Virus record (IMG/VR): IMGVR_UViG_3300029653_000081
Span: 1-34,518 of that record
Reading direction: 5' to 3' (one strand)
DNA from: a virus
Taxonomy: Duplodnaviria > Heunggongvirae > Uroviricota > Caudoviricetes
Length of the DNA: 34,518 bases
The position numbers and the translations under genes were made by a program. Below, in pieces: positions 17,372 through 25,378 of the stretch. Every line of letters begins with the position of its first letter. The stretch's first letter is position 1. Under the pieces are notes generated by a model, which saw only the letters and a list, made by a program, of their open reading frames with translations, was not told the origin of the DNA and did no database searches.

Positions 17372-20250
17372 AAGAGCTGTGCTATGGATCTGTTTGCAGT
17401 GGAATTGAAGCCGCGAGTATTGCCTGGGAACCGTTGGGTATGCGTCCGGTTTGGTTTGCTGAAATCGAGCCTTTTCCATCGGCCGTTCTTGCGCTCCGCT
17501 GGCCCCATGTCGCCAACCTTGGCGACATGACAAAACTTGCCAAAAAAGTCTTGGCTGGGGAAATCGAATCCCCTGACGTGCTCGTCGGGGGAACACCATG
17601 TTTTACCGCGGGGCATATGGTTCTTTGTAAAAATGGTTATAAACCAATAGAAGATGTTTGCCCTGGCGATTACGTAGTCAGTCATCTCGGGCGGTTACAA
17701 CAAGTAAAAAGAGTTGGTTCAAAAATAGCTAATACGGGGTTACTTAATGCCGTTGGGCAGCCTTTAGGTATAAGAACAACCAATGACCATCCCTTCCTGG
17801 CTGTTCGGTGGAAAGCCCAAAACACCCGGAAAAATGGCACATATTTTAAGAGAGAGTTGTTGTCTGAACCGGAATGGCGAGCAGCATGTGATATGCCGGG
17901 ATATCAATGGTGCGCTCTAACTAATTTCAATATTGCATCTCCAGATATTTGTTCTCGGTTCTTGTCTGAAGAACAGGCTATGTATCTTGCGGGCGCTTAT
18001 GTTGGCGATGGATATATTAGGAGATGGAGAGGTAAATCTAAGAAGGCGGTTGTTTTTGGCATAAATTGCCAGAAATTGAGAAAGTTTCATTGCCGCATAC
18101 CAGAAAACATATTTTCCGTGGCAAGCGAAATCCGAGGGAGCATCAAAGTAACCTTGAATGATACGTGTTATGCCAATTGGCTTAATGAACATTTTGGCGA
18201 GTTAAGCCATGCTAAGCGTATCCCTGCATGGGTGATGTCGCATCCATTGCGTCATGTGTTTTTACAAGGCTATCTTGATACTGATGGGACACCAAGTGGT
18301 AAAGCGGGATTTAGAATTAATAGTGTTAGTCCTGCGCTTGCTTGGGGCGTTGCGGGGTTGTCACAGACTTGTGGTTATGTTTCTTCGGTCAGCTTTATTG
18401 AAGTTGAGCCCAAAAAAGTGATCGAGGATCGCGTGGTAAATCAACGGAATTATTATCAGGTAACAATCTGCCCGCAGAAATTGTCACGTAAATCAAGATT
18501 GGCTCATGGAATGCTTTTACGAACAGTCAAAGAGTTTAAATCGGTAGGCCTAGATACTGTATACAACATAGAAGTCGAAGGTGATCATTCCTATATCCTC
18601 AATGGTGCGGTGGTCCATAACTGTCAGGCATTCAGTATCGCGGGATTACGTGGTGGGCTTGATGATGAGCGTGGCGCGCTAACTTTAAAGTATGTGGAGC
18701 TTGCAAATGCAATTGACGACAAACGGGCTGAGTCATTTCTCAAACCAGCCGTTATTGTCTGGGAAAATGTCCCAGGAGTCTTGTCATCGGCAGATAACGC
18801 CTTCGGATGTTTCCTTGCCGGATTGGCTGGAGAAGATGCGCCATTTGAACCAGGTGATCGACCTGAATCAGGAAAAAGTAACGCGTTCTGGCGGTGGGAT
18901 GGCAAAACCGGTTGCCATGCTCCAAAGTGGCCGCAGTGTGGTTGTATTTATGGGCCGCAGCGAAAGGTGGCCTGGAGAATCCTTGATGCCCAATACTTCG
19001 GAGTGGCACAACGACGCCGACGCGTGTTTGTTGTCGCAAGTGCTCGAACAGACCTCGATCCCGCAACGGTACTTTTTGAGTTCGAAGGCGTGCGCCGGGA
19101 TATTGCGCCGAGCAGAGGCGAGGGGAAGGAAACTACCAGATATACTTCAAACATCGCTATCAGATCTTGCGATGATACAAACATAGTTGCCATGGCACAT
19201 GGGCAAGGAGGGGCTGAGATAAAAACCGATAATTCGGCACCAACTTTAACATGTAACCATGAAGCACCAATTGTATTGCTCGGCGACGGTAGAATACGCC
19301 GTCTTACCCCTGTCGAATGTGAAAGGCTGCAAGGTTTTCCTGATGGGCATACGTTGATCCCTACGGAAAAGCGTAAAAAAGTTTCTTCAGATGAACTGGC
19401 ATACCTTCGCAATAACTATCCTGATTTAAGCGAAGAAGAGGCCGCGATGCTTGCAGCTGACGGACCGCGTTACAAAGCGATCGGCAATAGTATGGCAATA
19501 CCAGTAATGCGCTGGATTGGCGATCGGATTACTAAGGCCGTATGTCGGCAGAAAGAAGGAAGTGAAACAAAAGAGCGAAAAGTTAAACCAGCGGCAGAAT
19601 TCGAACGGTCCATATTCAAATGGGCTGGTGGAAAATTTGGTGTTCTGGAACAAATCTTTCGCTATTTGCCAGAAGGGAAGCGCCTGATTGAACCTTTCGT
19701 TGGTGGCGGAGCTGTCTTCATGAATGCCGGATACCAGGAAAATCTGCTAAATGATGTGAATGCTGACCTGATTAACTTTTACAAGACTCTGCAACGCGAG
19801 GCGCATTCACTTATCACTCTGGCACATCGTTTCTTCCAGGACTACAACACACAGGAAGGATACCTGGCAGTACGGAATGCGTTTAACAAACAAGTCTATG
19901 ATGATTTACATCGCGCAGCGGCGTTTTTGTTCCTGAACCGACATTGTTTTAACGGATTGACGCGTTACAACCAGGCCGGTGAGTTCAATGTCGGTTATCC
20001 GGACATGAGTCTCGATAAAGCATGCGGTATTTATCACGGCATGCGAATTGAGCTTAAAGAACCAAATGGTAAAGCCCCGACGAAAGAGCAGATCGCCTGG
20101 ATGCGCAGGCTTAGAGAGGAAGGTTACTACGTCGTTCTTGCGTATGGTGCAGAACAAGCGATAACCGCCATCCTGGAATACATAAGCCTTAAAAAGGGTG
20201 AGGCTATTGAGCATGTATTGAACGGCGACAAGTGGTTGTATGCCACTTAA
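17368..20250 (+). CDS. dmt: Dmt-like multidomain DNA methyltransferase: C5-cytosine MTase interrupted by an intein, then a Dam-like domain and a nuclease-like tail
   Basis: GTG start coupled to the rdgC stop. C5-MTase motifs: [13 protein letters not shown] (split), [33 protein letters not shown]. Dam-like segment FKWAGGK...[10 protein letters not shown]...[23 protein letters not shown]. No DPPY-type motif anywhere in the protein. Confidence 0.85.
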   Translation: MKELCYGSVCSGIEAASIAWEPLGMRPVWFAEIEPFPSAVLALRWPHVANLGDMTKLAKKVLAGEIESPDVLVGGTPCFTAGHMVLCKNGYKPIEDVCPGDYVVSHLGRLQQVKRVGSKIANTGLLNAVGQPLGIRTTNDHPFLAVRWKAQNTRKNGTYFKRELLSEPEWRAACDMPGYQWCALTNFNIASPDICSRFLSEEQAMYLAGAYVGDGYIRRWRGKSKKAVVFGINCQKLRKFHCRIPENIFSVASEIRGSIKVTLNDTCYANWLNEHFGELSHAKRIPAWVMSHPLRHVFLQGYLDTDGTPSGKAGFRINSVSPALAWGVAGLSQTCGYVSSVSFIEVEPKKVIEDRVVNQRNYYQVTICPQKLSRKSRLAHGMLLRTVKEFKSVGLDTVYNIEVEGDHSYILNGAVVHNCQAFSIAGLRGGLDDERGALTLKYVELANAIDDKRAESFLKPAVIVWENVPGVLSSADNAFGCFLAGLAGEDAPFEPGDRPESGKSNAFWRWDGKTGCHAPKWPQCGCIYGPQRKVAWRILDAQYFGVAQRRRRVFVVASARTDLDPATVLFEFEGVRRDIAPSRGEGKETTRYTSNIAIRSCDDTNIVAMAHGQGGAEIKTDNSAPTLTCNHEAPIVLLGDGRIRRLTPVECERLQGFPDGHTLIPTEKRKKVSSDELAYLRNNYPDLSEEEAAMLAADGPRYKAIGNSMAIPVMRWIGDRITKAVCRQKEGSETKERKVKPAAEFERSIFKWAGGKFGVLEQIFRYLPEGKRLIEPFVGGGAVFMNAGYQENLLNDVNADLINFYKTLQREAHSLITLAHRFFQDYNTQEGYLAVRNAFNKQVYDDLHRAAAFLFLNRHCFNGLTRYNQAGEFNVGYPDMSLDKACGIYHGMRIELKEPNGKAPTKEQIAWMRRLREEGYYVVLAYGAEQAITAILEYISLKKGEAIEHVLNGDKWLYAT
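17599..18621 (+). other. Intein (341 aa) with LAGLIDADG homing-endonuclease motifs inside dmt
   Basis: Begins Cys (CFTAGHMVL), ends VVHN, followed by Cys+1; contains [11 protein letters not shown] and [10 protein letters not shown]. Excision would join GGTP to CQAFSIAG, restoring motif IV. Confidence 0.8.
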
Positions 20251-20316
20251 AATAATAAATTAATTAGTGCACATGTGCTCTTTGATATAGCGCACATTAA
20301 CATCGGGAGAATAATC

Positions 20317-20472
20317 GTGTCATTCAAGGTTAATTATGAATCGCTGGCATCGATCATGCCGCGTAATGAACAGGAAGCAGATGCTGTAGTGGACCCGGTA
20401 ATCGCTGAAATGAATGCTCGCCTGGAGGCTGAATTTGCAGCTGAGAATGAACATACCACCCAGGGCGACTAG
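20317..20472 (+). CDS. Small acidic hypothetical protein (about 51 aa)
   Basis: GTG preceded by GGGAGA; tracked ORF starts earlier at 20275. Weak evidence. Confidence 0.25.
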   Translation: MSFKVNYESLASIMPRNEQEADAVVDPVIAEMNARLEAEFAAENEHTTQGD

Positions 20473-21076
20473 GACTGTTTTTTGTGTCGGTAGCGGTCCG
20501 TCACTCACTCGTGAGGACTGTGCTGCTATAGAAAAAACTGGCTGTTCAATCATTGCGGTTAACAATTCCTGGCTGATGTTCGATGACATTTATGCCTTAT
20601 ACGCCGGTGATTTGTCATGGTGGAAGCAATACGGTTCCACCATACCGGGAGGGAGGTTCCGCAAAGTGACAGCCAACCTGGCGGCGGCGAAATCATTTTC
20701 GTTGGAGTACAGGCGATATTGTGGACCGGCGGAAGGGGTAAATAGCGGCGCGCAGGCTATCAGTCTGGCTGCTGAATCAGGGGCTGAAGTAGTGGTATTA
20801 GTCGGCTATGACTGTTCTCTGCAAAACGGCCTTCATTGGCATGGCGCGCACCCTCAAGCCCTACGGAATCCAACGCAGGTGTCTATTTCAAAATGGCAAC
20901 AGCAGTTCCTGGATACCCGCAAAAAACACGCAGATTTACATATTTTGAATGCAAGTAGGAGCAGTGCAATTCAATGTTTCCCAAGAATAAATTTAGAGGC
21001 AGTGATCGCGTTATTATCGTCGGCAGTGGCCCAAGCGCCGCAAACTTTGTTGCGCCGCGCGGAGTGCCGATTATAG
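20444..21076 (+). CDS. Rossmann-motif protein, paralog 1 (possibly DUF115/MptE-like transferase)
   Basis: N-terminal VFCVGSGPS, IIAVNNS, and NSGAQAISLAAESGAEVVVLVGYD; paralogous to the next gene. Family assignment is from memory. Confidence 0.5.
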   Translation, partial: RMNIPPRATRTVFCVGSGPSLTREDCAAIEKTGCSIIAVNNSWLMFDDIYALYAGDLSWWKQYGSTIPGGRFRKVTANLAAAKSFSLEYRRYCGPAEGVNSGAQAISLAAESGAEVVVLVGYDCSLQNGLHWHGAHPQALRNPTQVSISKWQQQFLDTRKKHADLHILNASRSSAIQCFPRINLEAVIALLSSAVAQAPQTLLRRAECRL

Positions 21077-21600
21077 CGGTCAATGGGGCTATCGACTGGC
21101 TTAACCGCGCTTCTTATTTTTTCACCCTTGATCCATCCCCAGACAATATGCGGCGCGTTGGTCGTGGCCGCCGTCGCCGTGGTGTTTGTTATTGCATGGC
21201 ACTACCCGATGTTAAAGAACGTGAAGTCAGAGATGGCGTTCTGTGCTTCCGTCGTGTGGCTGAACGCGGCACAGAGCCAAAAAATACGAATTCTCCCGAG
21301 TGGTGGGCGTGGCGCTGGTCCGCACATTTCGGCCTTTGCGAAGATGAGAATGAAATTGCCAGCGGCAATAGTGCATATGGTGCTCTGAACCTGGCTTTCC
21401 ATATCGGATTCAAACATGTAGCCCTGGTGGGCGTTGACGCTACGCAAGAACTACGCGTTCACTCCGGCGGCACGCCAAAAAATCTAAGTCACCTGCCTTT
21501 GTTATTCCAGTCTGCGCGTGAACAGATTGACGTTGTTTCATGCGGGAAAATGGGAGGTATTCCGCAGATGACTCTTAAAGAATGGCTGAAGAATACATGA
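20974..21600 (+). CDS. Rossmann-motif protein, paralog 2
   Basis: [40 protein letters not shown]; its start overlaps the 3' end of paralog 1. Confidence 0.5.
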   Translation: MFPKNKFRGSDRVIIVGSGPSAANFVAPRGVPIIAVNGAIDWLNRASYFFTLDPSPDNMRRVGRGRRRRGVCYCMALPDVKEREVRDGVLCFRRVAERGTEPKNTNSPEWWAWRWSAHFGLCEDENEIASGNSAYGALNLAFHIGFKHVALVGVDATQELRVHSGGTPKNLSHLPLLFQSAREQIDVVSCGKMGGIPQMTLKEWLKNT

Positions 21601-22274
21601 TGGCACCCACAATTTATCACCGTATCGACGGTACCAAATACAGGAATGTCTGGGTTGTTGGTGATCTGCATGGTTGCTACACCAGACTGATGTCCGAACT
21701 CCATCGTGTGGATTTTGACCCGGCGCAGGATTTACTGATATCGGTCGGCGACCTTATCGATCGCGGTACTGAAAATGTCGAATCTCTGGAACTATTGCAG
21801 ATGCCCTGGTTCAGGGCAGTAGTGGGGAACCATGAGCTGTTGATGCTCGATGCGTTAAGTCCTGATGGCAACGTGAATAACTGGCTAATGAATGGCGGTC
21901 AATGGTTCTTCATGCTGGACGCTGATCAGGAAATATTAGCCAGGGCGCTGGTGGAGTTGGTAAGACGACTGCCCTATATCATTGAGTTGAACACCGGGCA
22001 AGAAACTATCGTTATAGCCCATGCCGACTATCCGGATAATGAATATCAATTCGGTAAGGAGGTGCCGCTTTTCAACGTTGTCTGGGCGCGCGAGCGTATC
22101 AGTGATTCGATGGATGATATTGGTGGCGAAATTTCGGGCGCAGATCGTTTTATCTTTGGTCACACTCCGGTGAAAAGCCCGAAGACATTCTGGAATCAGC
22201 ATTATATCGACACAGGTGCCGTATTTTGCGGAAACCTGACATTGAAGAAAGTGAAAGGTGATGGTGCAGCATGA
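21582..22274 (+). CDS. Lambda-type Ser/Thr protein phosphatase (metallophosphatase)
   Basis: GDLHG, GDLIDRG and GNHE motifs; start may be ATG at 21597 or 21600. Confidence 0.85.
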   Translation: MAEEYMMAPTIYHRIDGTKYRNVWVVGDLHGCYTRLMSELHRVDFDPAQDLLISVGDLIDRGTENVESLELLQMPWFRAVVGNHELLMLDALSPDGNVNNWLMNGGQWFFMLDADQEILARALVELVRRLPYIIELNTGQETIVIAHADYPDNEYQFGKEVPLFNVVWARERISDSMDDIGGEISGADRFIFGHTPVKSPKTFWNQHYIDTGAVFCGNLTLKKVKGDGAA

Positions 22275-22971
22275 AGATTGCTTTAGTTCTTCGCTCTGGT
22301 GGTGACTATAACGCTTCCGATGTGCAGTGGCTGGTTAATCAACTGCCAAAAGACTATGAAATTATTTGCCTGACAGACCTGAAGTGTTTACATGTACCTG
22401 GCGTCAAAGTTATCCCATTGATCAACCAGTGGCAAAAGTGCCGTGGCTGGTGGGCGAAAATCGAGTTGTTCCGACCGGATATAACCGATGATCTGTTCTA
22501 TCTGGATTTGGACACGGTTATTGCCGGTGATATACGCCCAATCCTAGAGAATCCACCAACCAACTTCACCATGCTTAGGGATTTTTACCATCCACAATAT
22601 CGTGGCAGCGGGGCCTGTGGATACCAAATAGTGTAAAAGCGCATATCTGGAGTGCATTCTGGCAAGATCCGGAAGGTTGGATTGCTCGTTGTGTTACTAC
22701 TGAATGCTGGGGTGATCAGGGGTTTTTGCGGAAGGTTATGGGTGATGATACACCAGCATTTCAGGATCTGTATCCGGGATGGTTTGTAAGTTACAAGGCC
22801 GATGTTGTGGAACCTGGTTCGAAATATGCGAGCGCGCGTTACTCCAGGGGGAATGGGGCATTACCAAAAGACTGCCGAATAATCTTTTTCCACGGCAAAC
22901 CGCGACCTCGCGAAGTGTCAGAGGATTGGATTCCCCTTACCAGCTCGTTTTTTGAGCAAGTATCAGAATAA
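22271..22971 (+). pseudogene. Glycosyltransferase-like gene (DxD motif) split by a one-base frame change
   Basis: Frame 2 (22271-22636) contains YLDLDTVIAGDI; frame 1 is open from 22579 and continues to 22971 (..ECWGDQGFL..). The frames overlap around a G4 run at 22610-22613. Confidence 0.5.
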
Positions 22972-22972
22972 T

Positions 22973-22989
22973 ATTGCTCTAATAATTCC
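22973..22989 (+). promoter_or_regulatory. C1 repressor operator, left member of an inverted pair
   Basis: ATTGCTCTAATAATTCC; the 5' 13 nt match the consensus. Confidence 0.7.
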
Positions 22990-22997
22990 ATATTTTT

Positions 22998-23027
22998 AAA
23001 ACGTGATGTACACTCATCACGTTTTTT
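22998..23027 (+). terminator. Rho-independent terminator between the operator pair
   Basis: aaaacgtgatg-tacact-catcacgtttt (11-bp stem) followed by tt. Confidence 0.7.
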
Positions 23028-23038
23028 ATTAGAGCAAT
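23022..23038 (-). promoter_or_regulatory. C1 repressor operator, right member of the inverted pair
   Basis: Minus-strand ATTGCTCTAATAAAAAA; arrangement resembles bidirectional paired operators described for P1. Confidence 0.7.
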
Positions 23039-23052
23039 TTACAAGGTGCACT

Positions 23053-23271
23053 ATGTGGCCATTCCGACGGAAATATCACTACTGGCTGATCGCCTTTGTT
23101 ACGCCGACCGGCGGTATCAGGCATGTCATCACCAGGTATCGCAACAAGAGACTCACCTTAGCCAGAATTTTACAGGCTGCCATAGGTGAGGGACTGGATA
23201 CAAATTGCGTAGTCCTTCCTCCTTCATACTTAGGAAAAATGACCGAAGCACAAGCTAATACGGAACTTTGA
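23053..23271 (+). CDS. Small basic hypothetical protein (72 aa)
   Basis: First ORF downstream of the operator pair; no motif recognised. Confidence 0.35.
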   Translation: MWPFRRKYHYWLIAFVTPTGGIRHVITRYRNKRLTLARILQAAIGEGLDTNCVVLPPSYLGKMTEAQANTEL

Positions 23272-23272
23272 A

Positions 23273-24535
23273 ATGAGCACTTCAGCACAAAAGCAATCAA
23301 TCGAAAATGTATCTATCCCTGATGTCCTGAATGCCGGTATCCCGGCCATTATCCAGAACATCCGGGCCGCGCAACGCCGCGTTAGTTGTGATGACCTCAC
23401 AGCACGTTTTTTTGATAATGCGGTTCAGTCAGCGGAGATGCTTCACGCACAGCTTATTGATGTTTATAACGCAGAAGCTGATAGCCATAACTCCCTGGTA
23501 GATGCAGCTGAAAATATGCAGTTGGATCTCGGTCTGAAGGGTAAAGAAATTGAAGAGCTTCAGCTGCAAATTGAACATTTGAAACGCCAGCAACAGGACG
23601 CGATCGACGATGCGACGCATGACTCCAACCAGCGTGCTGATAATGCCGAACGTATAAGCATTGAGCTGGAAACAAAACTCAATGAAATGACCGCGATGGT
23701 TGAACTGCGGAACTCACAGATTTCAACGCTAAAATCTCAATATAAAGAGATCATGAAACTTGATCCTTTTAACCTTGAGAAACGCTATAACAAAGCTAAA
23801 AGCGAGCGACAGGAACTGCGTAAGCAGGTCGCCGACCTTAACCAACAGCTCAAAAAAACTATTAAAGATGCAAGCGAGGCGCGCGTGGCATTTGCTAATA
23901 AAAAAGCAGAGGTTACCGCGCTGGTTAATGAGAATGCCAAATTTGCGACGCTCAAGAAGGAAATGTATGGCATTACTGAGCGCCGTTTCCCTGCAAGCAA
24001 ACTTCATCCGACGTTAGGGCAAATCTCCTTCTTCCCGCGCCTCCTGGCTTATGGGATCTCATCGCCTAAAGAGTTCAATAACGAGCGTCCTTATATCGTT
24101 TCTAAGCTGGACTTTGCTTATCAGTTCTGCTGCGACATGGGCTATGCCATTGATATCCGAATCAACGAATGGTTGATGCCAAACTTCCAGCCGTTGGCAA
24201 TTTTCCGCGAGTTTCAGCCGGAAGGTTGGGTAGAGTTCTTCCATGAATTGATCTGTAAAGAGATGGAAAGCCGCCGCCCGGAATTGGTCCGTCGAGTTGA
24301 GTGGGCGCAAGAGGTTATGTTGGCAGATGCAGAGCTGCCGTTCGAACCGGAATTCATTGATGATCTGGCAACTAAAGGGCTGCATACCCTGTTTGATGTG
24401 GTTACCCGCCGTCATGAGCAGTTGGTTGTCGAATTGGGTTTAGAGGAAACTGCGGCAAGAAGACTTCTCGATGTTTGCTATGCACGTAGCGATGCATGGG
24501 AAAAAGAGAACGGCGGCACTATTTACGTTCGCTGA
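23273..24535 (+). CDS. Coiled-coil protein with unknown C-terminal domain (420 aa)
   Basis: Residues about 60-250 are heptad-like and Q/E/K-rich (EELQLQIEHLKRQQQDAIDDA...); C-terminal region contains FAYQFCCDMGYAID. Confidence 0.5.
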   Translation: MSTSAQKQSIENVSIPDVLNAGIPAIIQNIRAAQRRVSCDDLTARFFDNAVQSAEMLHAQLIDVYNAEADSHNSLVDAAENMQLDLGLKGKEIEELQLQIEHLKRQQQDAIDDATHDSNQRADNAERISIELETKLNEMTAMVELRNSQISTLKSQYKEIMKLDPFNLEKRYNKAKSERQELRKQVADLNQQLKKTIKDASEARVAFANKKAEVTALVNENAKFATLKKEMYGITERRFPASKLHPTLGQISFFPRLLAYGISSPKEFNNERPYIVSKLDFAYQFCCDMGYAIDIRINEWLMPNFQPLAIFREFQPEGWVEFFHELICKEMESRRPELVRRVEWAQEVMLADAELPFEPEFIDDLATKGLHTLFDVVTRRHEQLVVELGLEETAARRLLDVCYARSDAWEKENGGTIYVR

Positions 24536-24554
24536 TAGTTACAGTGTCACTTTT

Positions 24555-24588
24555 AATGCTGGTGGAGTGCTCCCACCAGCATTTTTTT
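24555..24588 (+). terminator. Rho-independent terminator after the coiled-coil gene
   Basis: aatgctggtgg-agtgctc-ccaccagcatt followed by ttttttt. Confidence 0.8.
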
Positions 24589-24607
24589 CGTCCAATGAGG
24601 AGGGCAT

Positions 24608-25114
24608 TTGAGTATTTTCAATAAACACGCACACCAGGAACGTCCGTACATCGTCATAGTAGATATTGATGGGACGATATCAGAGGCAACGGAAGACAGG
24701 CTGCATTTACTTCCACCACCTGGCAAAGGTGCATTAACAGAGCACTGGAACGAGTTTAACCTTGCCTGTGACACTGATGCTCCCATCACTCCAGTTATTG
24801 ATATGGTGCGCCAGTTATTTAACGTTTACACGGTCTGGTTTGTAACCGGGCGCTGTGAGATCGCAAGGGATAAAACACGAGCCTGGCTGCGGAAGTACGT
24901 AACAAACGGGGCTGAGCCTTTGCTATCTATGCGTCCTGCCACCGATGACAGAAATGACGGTCCAGCAAAGATTGATCTCCTGAAGAAAATTGGTCTAAGT
25001 AAAATTGCGTTCGCGCTGGAAGATAAGATTGAAGTGGCGCGTGTGTTCAGGAGTCATGGCGTACTTACATTAATGGTCAGGGAGTATGAAAATGCGCTTC
25101 TTCATCAACAATAA
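24608..25114 (+). CDS. HAD-superfamily phosphatase-like protein (168 aa)
   Basis: TTG start 6 nt after AGGAGG; motif I IVIVDIDGT and motif II-like WFVTGR. Confidence 0.55.
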   Translation: MSIFNKHAHQERPYIVIVDIDGTISEATEDRLHLLPPPGKGALTEHWNEFNLACDTDAPITPVIDMVRQLFNVYTVWFVTGRCEIARDKTRAWLRKYVTNGAEPLLSMRPATDDRNDGPAKIDLLKKIGLSKIAFALEDKIEVARVFRSHGVLTLMVREYENALLHQQ

Positions 25115-25130
25115 TTGTTCTAATAAATCT
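25114..25130 (+). promoter_or_regulatory. C1 repressor operator abutting the HAD gene stop
   Basis: ATTGTTCTAATAAATCT (15 of 17); TTGTTC -35-like with TAAAAC about 17 nt downstream. Confidence 0.65.
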
Positions 25131-25212
25131 TGATTTTTAAAACAGAGAAAGTAAAAATAAAAACATGCCGCAAGGCGCGGCATGTTTCCAATCAATCACA
25201 GGAGCTGAAAAT

Positions 25213-25299
25213 ATGAACACGGCATTCAAAATCATTATGGCCGCGATCTATTTCTGGCTGTTCTCTATCACTTTTGACGGCATCGTCGCGCATGGGTAA
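25213..25299 (+). CDS. Small hydrophobic peptide (28 aa)
   Basis: AGGAG 8 nt upstream of ATG; MNTAFKIIMAAIYFWLFSITFDGIVAHG*. Preceded by a perfect 8-bp hairpin (catgccgc/gcggcatg, about 25165-25185). Confidence 0.4.
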   Translation: MNTAFKIIMAAIYFWLFSITFDGIVAHG

Positions 25300-25378
25300 G
25301 GGGAGTATATTAGCCATTTGGAACCCCACGAGCTCTTGCGGGTTTAATTAAGAACCCGCAAGAAAAACACGAATTGGG

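Noticed and set aside
17026-17685. 219-aa minus-strand ORF
   Set aside because: Antisense to rdgC and the start of dmt, both of which have strong motif support.
25334-25361. Perfect 10-bp stem-loop between the small peptide ORF and hsdR, as a terminator
   Set aside because: No U-tract follows it on either strand; it may be a processing or stability element instead.
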